Assembly: GCF_006345805.1 (NCBI RefSeq)
Contig: NC_043003.1
Coordinates: 12,400,001-12,464,000, forward strand
DNA length: 64,000 nucleotides
Source: Octopus sinensis
Taxonomy: Eukaryota
Reading direction: 5' to 3'
Every line of letters starts with the position of its first letter. Position 1 is the first letter of the stretch. A model generated the notes under the pieces. The model ran no database searches and was not told the DNA's origin. It was given only the letters and a program-made list of their open reading frames with translations. A program made the translations under genes and the position numbers. This document shows positions 1 through 13,080 of the stretch, one piece after another.

Positions 1-304
1 AGAACTTGTGGAACTGGTTACCCATTTCCATGGTTTATAAGCCACCCCAACAAAGAATGCTAGTCTATCACAGGATTACTCATTTTTAGCTGAGTTGAGT
101 GGAACGATATGAAATGAAGTGTTTTGCTCAAGAACACAATGCACTACCTGGTCCAGGAATTAAAACCCTGGCCTTATGATTGTGAGCGTAACACCCTAAC
201 CACTAGGCTACATGCTAAGTGACTCCCTTATTAGTTTGTCCCTTTATTATATAGTTTAACACAGGGAAGTATATCTACACTTTGTCTCTCTCATGATGCT
301 ATCA

Positions 305-480
305 CATCATCATCATCATCATCATCATCTAACGTCCGTTTTCCATGCTAGCATGGGTTGGACGGTTCGACCGGGGTCTGGTAAGCCATGGAGGCTGCAC
401 CAGGCCCCAGTCTGATTTGGCAGTGTTTCTACAGCTGGATGCCCTTCCTAACGCCAACCACTCTGTGAGTGTAGTGGGTG
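305..480 (-). mobile_element. RTE 3'-end-derived short repeat, family B (representative copy)
   Basis: (CAT)n-aacgtccgttttccatgctagcatgggttggacgg is the reverse complement of the tail of the LINE at 18108-19263. Similar copies near 5039-5275, 12100-12310, 27025-27320, 28490-28712, 39203-39395, 40603-40781, 58300-58685 and 60570-60825. Confidence 0.8.
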
Positions 481-945
481 TTTGTTTATCAATATCTAAT
501 TTTATTCTTTAGTAGATTGACAGAATTGTTAGGGTTGCAAAAAAGAAGAAAAAAAATCCTTAGTGGCATTTGCTCCAACTCTCTATATTCTGATATTTTG
601 AGTTCAAATCCTGCCAAGGTCAACTTTGTCTATCATCAACTCCAGGATCAATACAATAAAACACCAGTCAAAAACTGAAGTTGATGTAATCCACTACTCC
701 CTCCCAGTCTCCTTAAAGTAACTGACGCTGTACCAAAATTAGAAACAATTGAGTTTGTTTTTTAAATTTTATTTTTTCACAGTGTTAAGTGATTATGTAT
801 GAGGCTCTTAATGAGTTAAGTTCTTGAATCACAGCTGTGTTCTTAATGTTTGTATCCGTCAAAAGAGGGGTAACCAAGAGATAGCAAAGTAATTGCAAAA
901 AAGAAGGATTGTATGTGATTAATATATGTTTGTAAAGCATGTAAT

Positions 946-1173
946 AAAGGTGGCGAGCTGGCAGAAACGTTAGCGTGCCGGGCGAATTTGCTTAGCAGTA
1001 TTTCGTCTGCCGCTACGTTCTGAGTTCAAATTCCGCCGAGGTCGATTTTGCTTTTCATCCTTTTGGGGCCAATAAATTAAGTATCAGTCACACACTGGGG
1101 TTGATGTAATCAACTTAATCCCTTTGTCTGTCCTTGTTTGTCCCCTCTGTTTAGCCCCTTGTGGGCAAAAAAA
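946..1173 (+). mobile_element. tRNA-derived SINE family A monomer
   Basis: ggcgagctggcagaaacgttagc...gagttcaaattcc (B-box-like) with an A-rich tail. TSD aaagcatgtaat at 934-945 and 1174-1185. Confidence 0.85.
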
Positions 1174-3675
1174 AAAGCATGTAATTTGGAAATTTTATTG
1201 TAGCCAGTTCAGAACATTGGTCTGATCTATTGCTAATTATCTTTCTTTTACTTGTTTTGGTCATTGGACTGCGGCCATGCTGGGGCACCGCCTTGAAGGG
1301 TTTTAGTCAAACCTAGTGTTTATTTTGTTTTAAGTCTAGCACTTATTCTATTGCTCTCTTTTGCTGAACTGCACTGTAATGGTGACATAAACAAACCAAC
1401 ACTGGTTGTCAAGCTGTGACCACACCCACCCTTGCACAGATATATACATGTACTTATATGCACATTGGGCTTCTATGCAATTTCCATCTGCCAAATTCAC
1501 TTACAATGCATTTGTTGACCCGTGACTATTGTAGAAGACACTTGCCCAAGGTGCCACAAAGTGGGACTGAACCCAAAACCACATGGTGCAAAGCAAGCTA
1601 GTAATAAAGAAAAACTGCGTAACAAAGAAAAGAAAATAATAGCAGAAAGGTTAGGTGTTTCAGAGGTTCATAGCCGCAGTGATGTCATCGTAACCTCGTG
1701 AATTTTTTTTAAAGAAAAGCTGTTTGTTAGGTCATAAAAGGAAGGTCTAATAAAACTGTTTATTATACTTTTATTTATAATACAATATTATTAAGTTTTA
1801 GGTGACTGTAAATAAATTATATCAGGTATAATCTTTTTAATCATTGTGCTTGATACTATTTGCAAATACAGGTGCAGTTAAGTACGTGGTTAAGAAGTTT
1901 GCTTTGCAATCACATGGTTCTAGGTTTGGTCTTACTCTCTGTCTCACCTTTGTCTAGTGTTATCTACTATAATCTTGTGCTGACCTTTATCTTGTTAACT
2001 GAATTTAATTGAATTTAGTGGCCAGACACTGTGTGTAAGCCTAATGTGTGTGTGTGTTTACATTTACACCAGTGTAAAAGCAAGTGCTGTTTTTGTGGTG
2101 TTTCTTTGTTTTGTGACTTAGCTGTTCAGTAGATAGAGATGACTAAATGTAAATAACAATCAAGCATTGATATGAGCAAAGGAACTGTTGATAAGCTGAT
2201 GCTGTAATATGACCACAGTCCATTGACTAAAACCAGTGAAAGAATAAAGCATTTTGTTTCACATGTTCAATGCTTTTTGTTGAAAAATAAATGAACCCTT
2301 TAGCATTTAAACTGGCCATATCCAGTCAAATATTCAACCCGTTTCATGTTCAAAGTAGCCACCTTCCAGCCTTTCACACTTACCCTACAATGTCATTCAA
2401 AATATAAACAGTTACATCATCAAAATCTCAATGCTACAAGATAATGCATGACTAATTCAAAACAATATAAATAAATAAGCATTACATTTGACAGAGAAAT
2501 CTGAACGCTAAAGGATTAAGGGAATATATTAAATTTTCTTCCATTGCTGTAATCACTAAAATTAAGGAATGAAAATATACTGTTAGAGATTGAAATGACT
2601 GAATCTAGAAAATATGGACTTCATCATCATTATTACTGTTAGCATCATCATTTTATGCCTCTTTTTTCCATATGCTGGCATAGGTTGGATGGTTCTATAG
2701 GAACCAAAAAGCCAGAGAGCTGCATTGAGAGCTCCAGCGTCGCCTTTTGCATGGTTTCCACAGCTGGATGCCCTTCCTCATACCAACCTCTTTATTGCAT
2801 GTATTGGGTGCTTTTTCTCTTGGCACCAGCACTTGTGAGCTCACTAAGTACTCAGAAGACAAGATCCTTCATCTTAGCAGGGTATGCTATTAAGGATGTG
2901 AAAGTATGATAGAAGGACAGGAACAGGTCTTCTTGCTGAAGAAATGAATACACAGATTCCAATTTTACTGAGAATAATATTAGAGAATTTTAACCCTGTT
3001 TCCCCTAACTTTTAGAAGTAGGTGGTTAATAATGAAAGAGAAATCTGAATTGTTGGGTGTTTTTTCACAATATTTTTTATATCTGTATATTGTTATAGAC
3101 ATGTGACTTTATGTTTTTGTTTCATCTATTTAGACACTTGAATAATGTTGGCCATTTTATTTTTTTCCTTATTCTCTTTGACCTTTTTTTTCAGTGTAAC
3201 TGTGTAATTGTGATATTTCTGTTTGACTTGAGTTTCCAATTAACAATGTTAAGGAATTTTTTTGTTAGTATAAATGTAAGTCTAAATTCTTTGTCTAACG
3301 CCCTTATCTTTCACTAATTATAAAAACCAAAAAATTTTAGTTTATGTGACGGAATGTTTCCATTTTAAGGAAACATTTTTTATATATTTTATGTGTCCCT
3401 TTCTTGTCAAGTCTAGCTTCTGACTCAACTTAATTTGCTTAGTTATCTGTGACTGTTACCACAATTACTCAGCTTCATTGTTTTTATCCAATAGTAGATA
3501 CTTGAATCTACTTTTTTTTCAAATACAATATTAGTAAAAGCAGTGGTATGTTGTCAACTCAATGTGACAGTCCCATGAAAGGGAAGAATGTTACTGCTAT
3601 TTAGCCCTAGGTAACACCGTTTCCTGTTTGCCTTGACACATTTCATCTTTGTGTGTGTGTGTGCGTAAAGACTTT

Positions 3676-3766
3676 ACTAACTCTGATGAGCACAGGGTTA
3701 CGTAATTGGATTGTTACCTAACACTCCATTGAACCCCCTAGTGCGAAACCAATTGGTAAGATTGGT
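3676..3766 (+). ncRNA. Type I hammerhead ribozyme motif (Penelope/retrozyme-like)
   Basis: Core CTGATGA 3683-3689. Stem II closes with GCAC(3690-93)/GTGC(3741-44), followed by GAAA 3745-48. Stem III is ACC-AATT-GGT with cleavage triplet GUA 3756-58. Stem I pairs ACTAACT(3676-82) with AG(A)TTGGT(3759-66). Confidence 0.75.
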
Positions 3767-4412
3767 TGTAATAGATATATAGTATTGTACACTTCGATTA
3801 ATATATATATATATAATCATCATCTTCTTCATATTAACACATACTTTTTCATGTGTGCATGTGTTGGATGGAGTTTATTGGAATATATTTTTTTTATGAT
3901 GAGATACCCTTCCTGTTGCCAACCTGTATCTGTTTCCAAGCAAAGGAATATTTCTCTATGAGCAGGCATGAACAACAATCATTTGCAGTCATCATGTGAT
4001 GTCAAGGCAAGGAAAAACAAACATACTCACACGCACATATTTACATCTCTGTTTCTCCTCTCTCTGTACTTGTGTATATATGTGAATATATATATATTAA
4101 CACATACACACACGCATATACATGTACATACACACAGGTATATATATATAATATATAAAATGTTACTGCGCAGTTAAAATTACTAGCTTTATCCTAGTTA
4201 ATTATCTTTAGTTGTTTTCAATCTTGTATCATTGTTATCGCAATTGAAAGCATGACTATGTTTTACATATTCAAGTTCTGCACCTCAGGCACTCAGTTAA
4301 GTATGTAATCTTCGAAATTTACAAAAGGAGTATCAATACTGTCTTTATCAAATCAATCATCTGAATCTATTTATGCCCAAGAAAGAATGAAATTGTTTTA
4401 CATTTTGTTCAG

Positions 4413-4619
4413 TAATATCAAATGAAATATTTTGGCAATGGAAATTATATAAAAATCTAATGACTCTCTCACCTAAACTTTCTGTTGTTGAAGTAAAAAA
4501 TGCAAAATGGATCTGGATAAGTGGAACTGTTTGGTTGTCTGCTCCATACTGATCCTTCTCAGATCAGCTGTTTCACTCACATCTGTTGATTGATTGCTGG
4601 AACAGTGAAATGGAGGGAT
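4413..4619. other. Exon-like unique segment, strand ambiguous
   Basis: Plus strand: ttgttcag| opens a frame to TGA 4550-52, followed by AATAAA 4625-30. Minus strand: ttttcag| opens 49 codons ending in TAG 4473-75, followed by gtgag. Confidence 0.18.
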
Positions 4620-6178
4620 CTGAAAATAAATGTATTTTTTGAGATGAAAAAAATGAAATGGTTTCATTTTCAATTAACTTATAGTCTAAACCAAGTTATT
4701 GTAGTTAGCATTTAAAACTGTTAATTTTTTCAAAATATTCTTTGGAAATGGTAATATTAATTTTCTTAAATTAAACAATATACAGTTGTAGGAGATATAT
4801 TTAAGATTTGTCAGGAAATCATTAGATTTTCTCTAACCTTTTGCCTGTCTTGTATATACATATGATACACGAGGCATATTTCCCTGGTGTCCATGCATCA
4901 TATATGATAAATATTCCCAATTTTTTCAACTACCAGGGTATCTTGAGCCTTATGAAAGGAAAGTTTTATATTACTTAGAATGTATGAAACATGGGTTAAC
5001 TAAAAGTCTGAAAACAAGCATGGATGTTTAAGATAACCATCATCATTGTTTAACGTCCGTTTTTTATGCTGGCATGGGTTGGATGGCTTGACTGGGGTCT
5101 GGCAAGCCAGGAGGCTGCACCAGGCTCCAATCTGATCTGGCACGGTTTCTACAGCTGGATGCCCTTCCTAACGCTAACAACTCCGAGAGTGCAGTGGGTC
5201 CTTTTTACATGCCACCAGCACAGGAGCCAGTCAGGCGGCACTGGCATCGGCCACATTCAGATGGTGCTTTTTACGAAAATACTTTGGACAAGCAAAGAGT
5301 TAATATTTTTAAATGAATTAGTCAACTAAGACACATGAAGGGGAAAAGTGACCAAATTACATTTCTTGCTTACAGGGAAAACTATTTCATAGGACCCCTA
5401 ACAGAATAAAGTGATGGGGGTAGCTGATACTGACAAACCAACAACATCCCCAAAGGAACTTATGATGAATATATAATCTAAAACTTTCTGCTTCGTCAGA
5501 TAGTACTGATTAAAGATTCTCCTAAAAGCACATACAATATAAATTATGTCTACTTTTAATAGAATACTGAGAATTGCTATGAGATACCGTTTATTAGATG
5601 CACAGCTGTAAAATTGTCCACATCTCACCTCATACCTATTTCTTGTGTTACTCATGTACACCAGATTCCATTAAGTAGCCAACCTTTGAAGCGATATGCA
5701 CAAAATTCATTCAGGAAGAAAATGTTGTTTATCAAATAATTTATGAATACTTGCCAATAGTTTTCTTTACTACGGCTGTTTTGGCTTTGAAATTTCTATC
5801 TCCGCGTGATACCCTGACTAATAAATACTTAGTCATAACAGTTGTTTGTTAGTTATTAATCTATCAGTCACACCAATTATATATTTGTCAATAAACACCA
5901 GTCGCTCTACTTGTTTATTGATTAAGACGAGCTGTGATATTGACAGTGTTCATGTGTGTGTAAACACACACACATACACACACACACACACACATTCACA
6001 CACACACACACTCTCTCTCTCTCTCACTCACTCACACAGATGCATGTTTGCACATACGTATATGAACCATGTATGTATATTGTGTGCACATATATAATGG
6101 ACACATGCTTATATGTAGATTCAGAGTACTTTTAACATCTTTGAGTAGAATTTTAGGTTGATTGTTGAATAGTTTGTT

Positions 6179-6454
6179 GTGTCTGGGGAGAGTCATTTTC
6201 TTTTTGTGCCTTATAATGTAACGCAATCACCGGTAAAATTTCCACTTTTTTCTTATTTTTATTTTCCTAAAATTTTCATTGCGTCTTGCAACCTTTTCAA
6301 TAGGAAAATAAAAATAAGAAAAAAGTGGAAATTTTACCAGTGAGTGTGTTACATTATAAGGCACAAAAAGAAAATAACTCTCCCCAGACACAACAGAATA
6401 TGCTTCAACACATGAACTCATATAAAGAATCTTGCAAACCAAATCCAAAAACAA
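6179..6454. mobile_element. Foldback retroposon-like element, copy 1
   Basis: Long inverted repeat gtgtctggggagagt...actctccccagacac plus an unpaired tail of about 65 bp. 15-bp TSD gttgaatagtttgtt at 6164-6178 and 6455-6469. Confidence 0.8.
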
Positions 6455-8102
6455 GTTGAATAGTTTGTTTAGTAAAAATACCTTAGAAAATCTACAAATA
6501 GTTTAACTGACCTTTTTGTTACCATATTTTTGTGTTTGTTTCTATTAATTTTGAAAATGCTGAAGGATTTAGTAAAGCAACTTTGGTCATTGTTAAGTTG
6601 GTATTTGGAACATATTCTAACATGAAATTTTTGATGGAAGGTTTTCACTTTAATACAGAAAATTTCTATCAAAGAACCAAGAGCAGTCTCAGGCAGCTTA
6701 GCATCAAAAGGGTTAAAGAAACAGGATAAAGAGTAAAGCAGATAGTGAAAGTTAGAAATAATATCACTTCCTCTGTGTGTGTACGTGCATGTGCGCACAC
6801 TCTCACACACATTCAGCATAAATAACATTCATTTGGAAGAATGGTAACTATATCATCAAAATAATGTATACTCATAATATAAACATAAAGACAATATGAA
6901 TAAGGCTTGATAAGTAAAACTAATTAGTTTAAATGATAGAAAATGCTTGTCTTCACTATTCTAGTAATTGTTTTCACAGTTCTGTCAGCATTCTGTTGAT
7001 GAAAAGTTTGCTTGGTGAGAATGTTTCAGAATATACAACTATTTCAGAAAATATGCAAATACAATCCCTACTTCTATTTTGCTTATTAATCTTCAAGTAT
7101 TCAAACTTAGATAATTAGATTAAATCTGCTGTCACATGCTTAATTTTGGTTAGTTTTGTATAGAGATTTAATGAAGTAAATTTTTCAGATGTATTGTCCT
7201 GAAGTTTATTGGGATCATACTTCCAACAAGAATACATTCTATGGGGTTTTAATTTTCAAGCATAGGCATGGCTGTGCAGTTAAGAAGTTCATTTTGAACC
7301 TACATGGTTTTGGGTTCAATCCAAGTGTGTGGCACCTGAGTAAGTGTCTTCTACTATAGCTTCAGAACTTGAAAGAAAGTCATATTTGTGTGTTTACATT
7401 TGTACTTCTCTGCAAAACACTGAGCTACAAGCAGTGACATTGTTGCCATTTCCTCTGTCAATGAATTATCCACTGCTTTGCACCTTTGAAGATGTATGGA
7501 AAAAAAAGACCCCTTTTTTGAAAAATATGGGTTAGGACAGAAGGGGCATATATTTGTAAAGCAATGCCTCAATAATATAGACGAATACAGGCACATGAAG
7601 TACCATACAACATAAATTCTTCTTGATTTATTAAAATTATTTCCATTTCTAGAGAATGCCTCATAAACACCAAATGGCAAATAACACCACTTCCACTTGA
7701 GAAGGGGAGATAAGCTCAAGAGCCAAGAATTTTTCTGAGTTTACATGCCATAACCCACACATAAAAACAAGCAAGCATTATTAAAGCTTTAGTGAAATAA
7801 ATAACTTTTAGCTTAATAAAAGCCATATGTTTATGTATAGAAATGTAATATTATCTTTCACATAGTAACGAGATTTCAGTCCAAGATTTGAATTTAAAAA
7901 TATGAACACTTTAATAGAGATAGTTTCAAGCATATTGCTGTTAAAATTTGATGCAATATTCAGCATCTTACTCCTAAGATCTCTAGACTATAAGGTATTA
8001 TCTCTTTAATAATACAGCACAATAGAATTCAAATAAGGTAATTTATATATTTATCAAATCCTTGTTATTTACTTTCTGTACTGGCGCTAATTTTCATTTT
8101 AG

Positions 8103-8253
8103 ATCCTATAAATTGTTGGCTTGTTGGGACATTACTAAAACAATTTCTTGTGATTTACTATGTCTAGGACAAGTCAGTCTAGTTGAGACTATTCTTCTGA
8201 ATCATATACTCCAAGCAAATGAGAAACTTGCTAGTCCTGTAGCATTAATGCAG
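8103..8253 (+). CDS. Candidate internal coding exon, product unknown
   Basis: Acceptor ttttcattttag| and donor CAG|gttaaa flank 50 open codons (SYKLLACWDITKTISCDLLCLGQVSLVETILLNHILQANEKLASPVALMQ) in non-repetitive sequence. No family recognised. Confidence 0.35.
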
Positions 8254-11200
8254 GTTAAAAGATTTCTTCTTTGTGCCTTTTTTTATATATAGGTAGTGAA
8301 GCTAACATTCATTGAGAGTTATGCATCTTTGTGACAAGTAGAGTAGGTTAGCTTCCATTGTATGTCTATAAATTTATTCATTTGCTTAAAATGCCAGAGA
8401 AGATGTTAATGCTTCTTTTAAAAACAAATTGTTTATTATAAATCTCTATAAATTGAACTTTATAAATTTACTGTATTCTGCTTTATTCTTATTCCACTAA
8501 CATCTTTACCTGGTTACTGGTAACATTTTGTTTGTATTTTACAAGTTATGTATATGAACTTATGTATGTTTTTTGTCTATGAAGTATTGGAAACAGGAAT
8601 GTTATTTACTCTGTTTATTGTTGCAAGGAAAGCAATCTGTATATTTAATTTGTGATAGTATGAAGAGATGGAGGGAAGATAAATGCTATTACTTAATTTG
8701 TTAAAAATGATTTACAATTTATAATTTCTCTTTTTTTTGAGTGATTATATTTTTATTTCTTGAAAGTTTTGGAGAAAAGTTTGAATGAATATGTTTATAT
8801 CTGCTTGTTTTTGATTTGTATTTAATTTATCTTAGAACATTTTCTAACTTAAAATACTAAATGTTAGCATTTCTGCTATGTATTGATAGTATTACATTAG
8901 CACGTAGCCACAAATAAGCAAGTAAAACAATACTCAGTACTGATACTGTTCTTTTCGATCATAGTCCATAGAGATAAAGACAGCTGACCCCAGAGAGACT
9001 TGAACACAGAACATTAAGGGACATACTAAATACCATGTTGATTTTTTTTTTTTTTTTTTTTTTGTCTGGTGCTCTACCAATTCTACCACCCACCATCATA
9101 TTTGTGTTAGTTATTGACTACTTTGATGTTGAATGGTCTACCAATCTAGCTTTTCGTTCCCAACCTTTTAACTTTATCTGCATATTGATTTGAACTGTTC
9201 TTAGTGTATATTGTATTTTAACAATACCGAATAACTCAGCAGCTGGAATATCTTGGTACATGTATTGATATTGGCAGTGACATTCTGCAGAGGCCTTTCA
9301 TGTGAAAATTTGGGTTTTTTTTTTATTTTATTATTTTTTTAAGTTACAGAAAACTCAAAATTTTTCTCTTATCTTTTTAATTTAAATTTTGGTATAATAC
9401 GAGACAAGTAATATTAAATAATAGGTAGTTCAATCAATTAAACCATTCTTTTCAATAAAAAAAAAAGCAATGTACCTGATCAATAAATAAAGTTATGTTG
9501 TAAAGTTTTTAGCGGCAGTAAATTTATTGAAAAAAAAAAAAAGGTTTTAAAAGATAACCAAATATCTAGACTTATCTTTTATTTTTTATCTTTTCCTTGC
9601 TTCTGTCATTGGATTGTGGCCAATGCTAGGGCACCTTCTTGAATGGTTTTAGTCGAACAAATCATTCCCAGTTCTTATTTCAAGTTTGATAGTTATTCTA
9701 TCAGTCTCTTATGCCTGACCCCTAAGTTACAGAGACGTAAACAAACCAACACTGGCCATCAAGTGGTGGTAGAGGTTAAACACAAAAATGCACATAGTAG
9801 GCTTACACACAGTTTCCATCTATTGAATTCACTCAGAAGGCATTGGTCAGGCCAGGACTAGAATATAATTTAACCCTTTAACATTTAGACTGGTCATATC
9901 CAGCCCAAATATTCTACCCCTGCATGTTTGAACCAGCCTCATGCCTAAAAATAATCACATTGAAATCTTGAAGCTATGAGATTTATACATATTTAATTTA
10001 AAGCAGTGTGAGTAAATAAGCTTTACATTTGGCAGAGTAATCAATGTTAAAGGGTGAAGTGAAGAACATGTTTTATTAACCTAATAAAATACTGGTGTTG
10101 TAATTCCAGTGAAATAAAATACTGTACTGTATTTTGAGAAGCAAGGATCCATTTTAAATAAAGTAGAATCTTTCTTTTAATGACAACACAAGTTAGCAAA
10201 AATCTCTTGACTCTAATTAACAAATAATTCTCTTTTATTTTTTGCTGGGTGCTGGTTGCTTGAGAGTCCTGGAAAAAAGGGTGTTTACTGCTAAAAGACT
10301 CATGCACAAGGTGTCATGCTGTAGGACTGAACCAGGAACCTCATGATTGTGAAGCCCACTTCTTAGCTACTTGGTTATGCCAGAGCATGTGCAAAGAGAT
10401 ATTTTGTAATTGCTACGTGAAGTGAAATAGTCTTATCATGAATCTTAATACAAAGGTCAAGTCAATTACATTGCAATTATCTTTCCATGATACACTAATT
10501 CACAATTCTTTCTACTAAAGGCACAAAACCTGAAATTTGAGGGAGGGAGATAGTCAATTACATCAACCCCAGTACTCAACTGATACTTATTTCATTGACC
10601 CCAAAAAGATGAAAGGCAAAGTCGACCTTGGCAAATTTTGAACTGAAGAATGCAAAGACAGATGAAATAATTCATAATGACTGCATTTCTTTCTAGTGAC
10701 TGTTAGGTTTCATACACGGATACAATAGAATTTTTATTTTGGATAAGACATTAGCTTAATGTAGATTAGCTTCCTGCATCAGCCGGGTAAATTAAGATAG
10801 AGTTGTATTTTATGAAAGGTTGTTGACTTATATCTATAATAAATACTCTGTCCAGCAGGATGTTTATTATAACTGTTGAATAAACTTTGTTGTGATATTA
10901 ACTCAGTGCTAATGACTCTACTGTAGATTATTCAAATTACTCACTCATTTTCTTGATCAGCCCCACAAATTATGGAGTTGGTATAGCTGGGCATGGGAAG
11001 ATTGACTTTTCAACTCATAGTATTTAGTTTAGCATTTCACAACCTTGCAGTTAAATTTGACTGAAATTAACATAGTATTTCATATATGCTTTCAAAATGG
11101 TAACATAACTAACTACCATATTGCCAGTGTTAACTTTATCAAAATTCTCTTCTGCCTACAAATTACTTCTGGTGTCGGCATGGCTTTGTGGTTAAGAAGC

Positions 11201-12358
11201 TCACTTTACTTCACATGGTTTTGGGTTCAGTTCTATGTGTGGCAACTTGGGAAGGTATCTTCTACTATAGTCATGGGCCGACCAGTGTCTTGTGAGTGAA
11301 TCTGGTATATGGAAGCTGTCATGCATGCATGTGTATGTGTACACACGTATATTTGTGTGTTTTTGAGTGTGTGTGCTTATCCTCACCATTGCTTGGTAGC
11401 TGGTGTTGGTTTGTTTATTTCCCATAAGTTAGTGGTTCAGCATAAGAGACCGACCAAATAAGTACCACTGCTTAAAAATAAGCTCTGTGGTTTTGTTTGA
11501 TTAAACTCGCCAAGAGCTTATTTTTTGAATTAATCATGCATCACCTCATAGCTTTAAAATTTTTATGATGTGATTATTTTCATAATGACCTTGCTGGGTA
11601 GGTGTTCGAGGCCAGATCTGGCCAGTTTGAACCTAAAACAGATTGATTATTTGAGGTGGATATGGTTAGTTTATCCCTCAAGTATTCAGCTAAGTCTGTT
11701 CTTAAATGTAATACTTATTTATTCACATTGTTTTCAATTAATCATGCATTATGTCATAGCTTCAAGATTTTAACGACATGATGGTTTATTTTTATAACGA
11801 CATTGTAGGGTAGGTCTGAGAGGCCAGATGTGGCTGATTTGAACATAAAACAGGTAGAATATTTAGGCTGGATATAGTCATTTTAAATGCTAAAGGGTTA
11901 AGAATCAAAACCCATAACCATTTTCTTTAACTCTTTTGTAAGAATCTGTTTGACATATTGTCTTAAAAACGGTTGCCACTAAAAAATTTGACTTGTGCAG
12001 GTGATGACTTTTATGTATTTGATAAATGTTTTGGTCATATTTTATATGTACTTAGAATATTTGGAAATATCTCAAAACCTGTAATTCCGTTGTTAGCTGT
12101 TGCTATCCTTTGCTGATACACTGGTGCCATGCCATGCCAGTCTCAGGTAAGAAGCACCCAGTACACTCTGTAAAGTGGTTGGGATTAGGAAAGGCAGTCG
12201 GTCATAAAGACCATGGTAGAACAGACAACTGGAACTTAGGTAGCTCTTCTGCTGGTCAGCTCCCTCAAACCATCCAAACCATGGAAAATGGATGTTAAAT
12301 GATGGTAGTCAGGATGACTGTAAAAGTTGTCCTGATTATTATAGGGTATGATTAGGTT

Positions 12359-12590
12359 TAAGGCGGCGAGCTGGCAGAAATGTTAGCACGCCAGGTGAAA
12401 TGCTTAGCGGTATTTCGTCTGCCGCTACATTCTGAGTTCAAATTCCGCCAAGGTTGACTTTGCCTTTCATCCTTTCGGGGTTGATTAAATAAGTACCAGT
12501 TACGCACTGGGGTTGATATAATTGACTTAATCCGTTTGTCTGTCCTTGTTTGTCCTCTGTGTTTAGCCCCTTGTGGGTAGTAAAGAAATA
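12359..12590 (+). mobile_element. SINE family A monomer
   Basis: Full monomer. TSD ggtatgattaggtt at 12345-12358 and 12591-12604. Confidence 0.88.
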
Positions 12591-12604
12591 GGTATGATTA
12601 GGTT

Positions 12605-13080
12605 GTTACAGTGACATTTTCCCATTCTGTTCTCAAAAGAGGATTTGATGTCTGTGCAGTGTACTGTAAAACAACTTCATTTTCTTGTGAAGTTCTGTAC
12701 ACCACCACTGGATGGAAAATGGTCTCAGTTCTTATCTGTTGTCACCTAATGAAATGTAAAGGATTCAGTGCTAGAGATGGGATTATGACCTGTTGAACAT
12801 TTACAGTTGCTAAGTAGCAAACGTGTGTCTTCTGTTCACTGAAATTTAACAAGAGACAACAAATCAATGGTAAAACGAATAGGAAAGATGAAGGGGAGGG
12901 TGGGGTGGAGGAACTCCCAAGAATTACCTGGGTAAGATGATCACAAATTAAAACAGGCTTAAAATATAGCGATTTTATAAAGGCAGTACAAGAAAGACCA
13001 AGAAAGTGGTCTATGGTGTTCAACTTGCTGAGCATGGGCAATTCCTGACGATGATGATGGTGGTGATGATGACAATGGTG
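12605..13080 (+). mobile_element. Ancient RTE LINE 3' end
   Basis: Plus frame ...EELPRITWVR*SQIKTGLKYSDFIKAVQERPRKWSMVFNLL matches the RTE C-terminal RPRxTW...DRxxWR pattern and is followed by a (GAT)n tail. Confidence 0.55.

Noticed and set aside
946-1030. tRNA-like heads with A/B-box similarity
   Set aside because: They do not fold into complete cloverleafs and are followed by SINE bodies, so they are SINE heads rather than tRNA genes.
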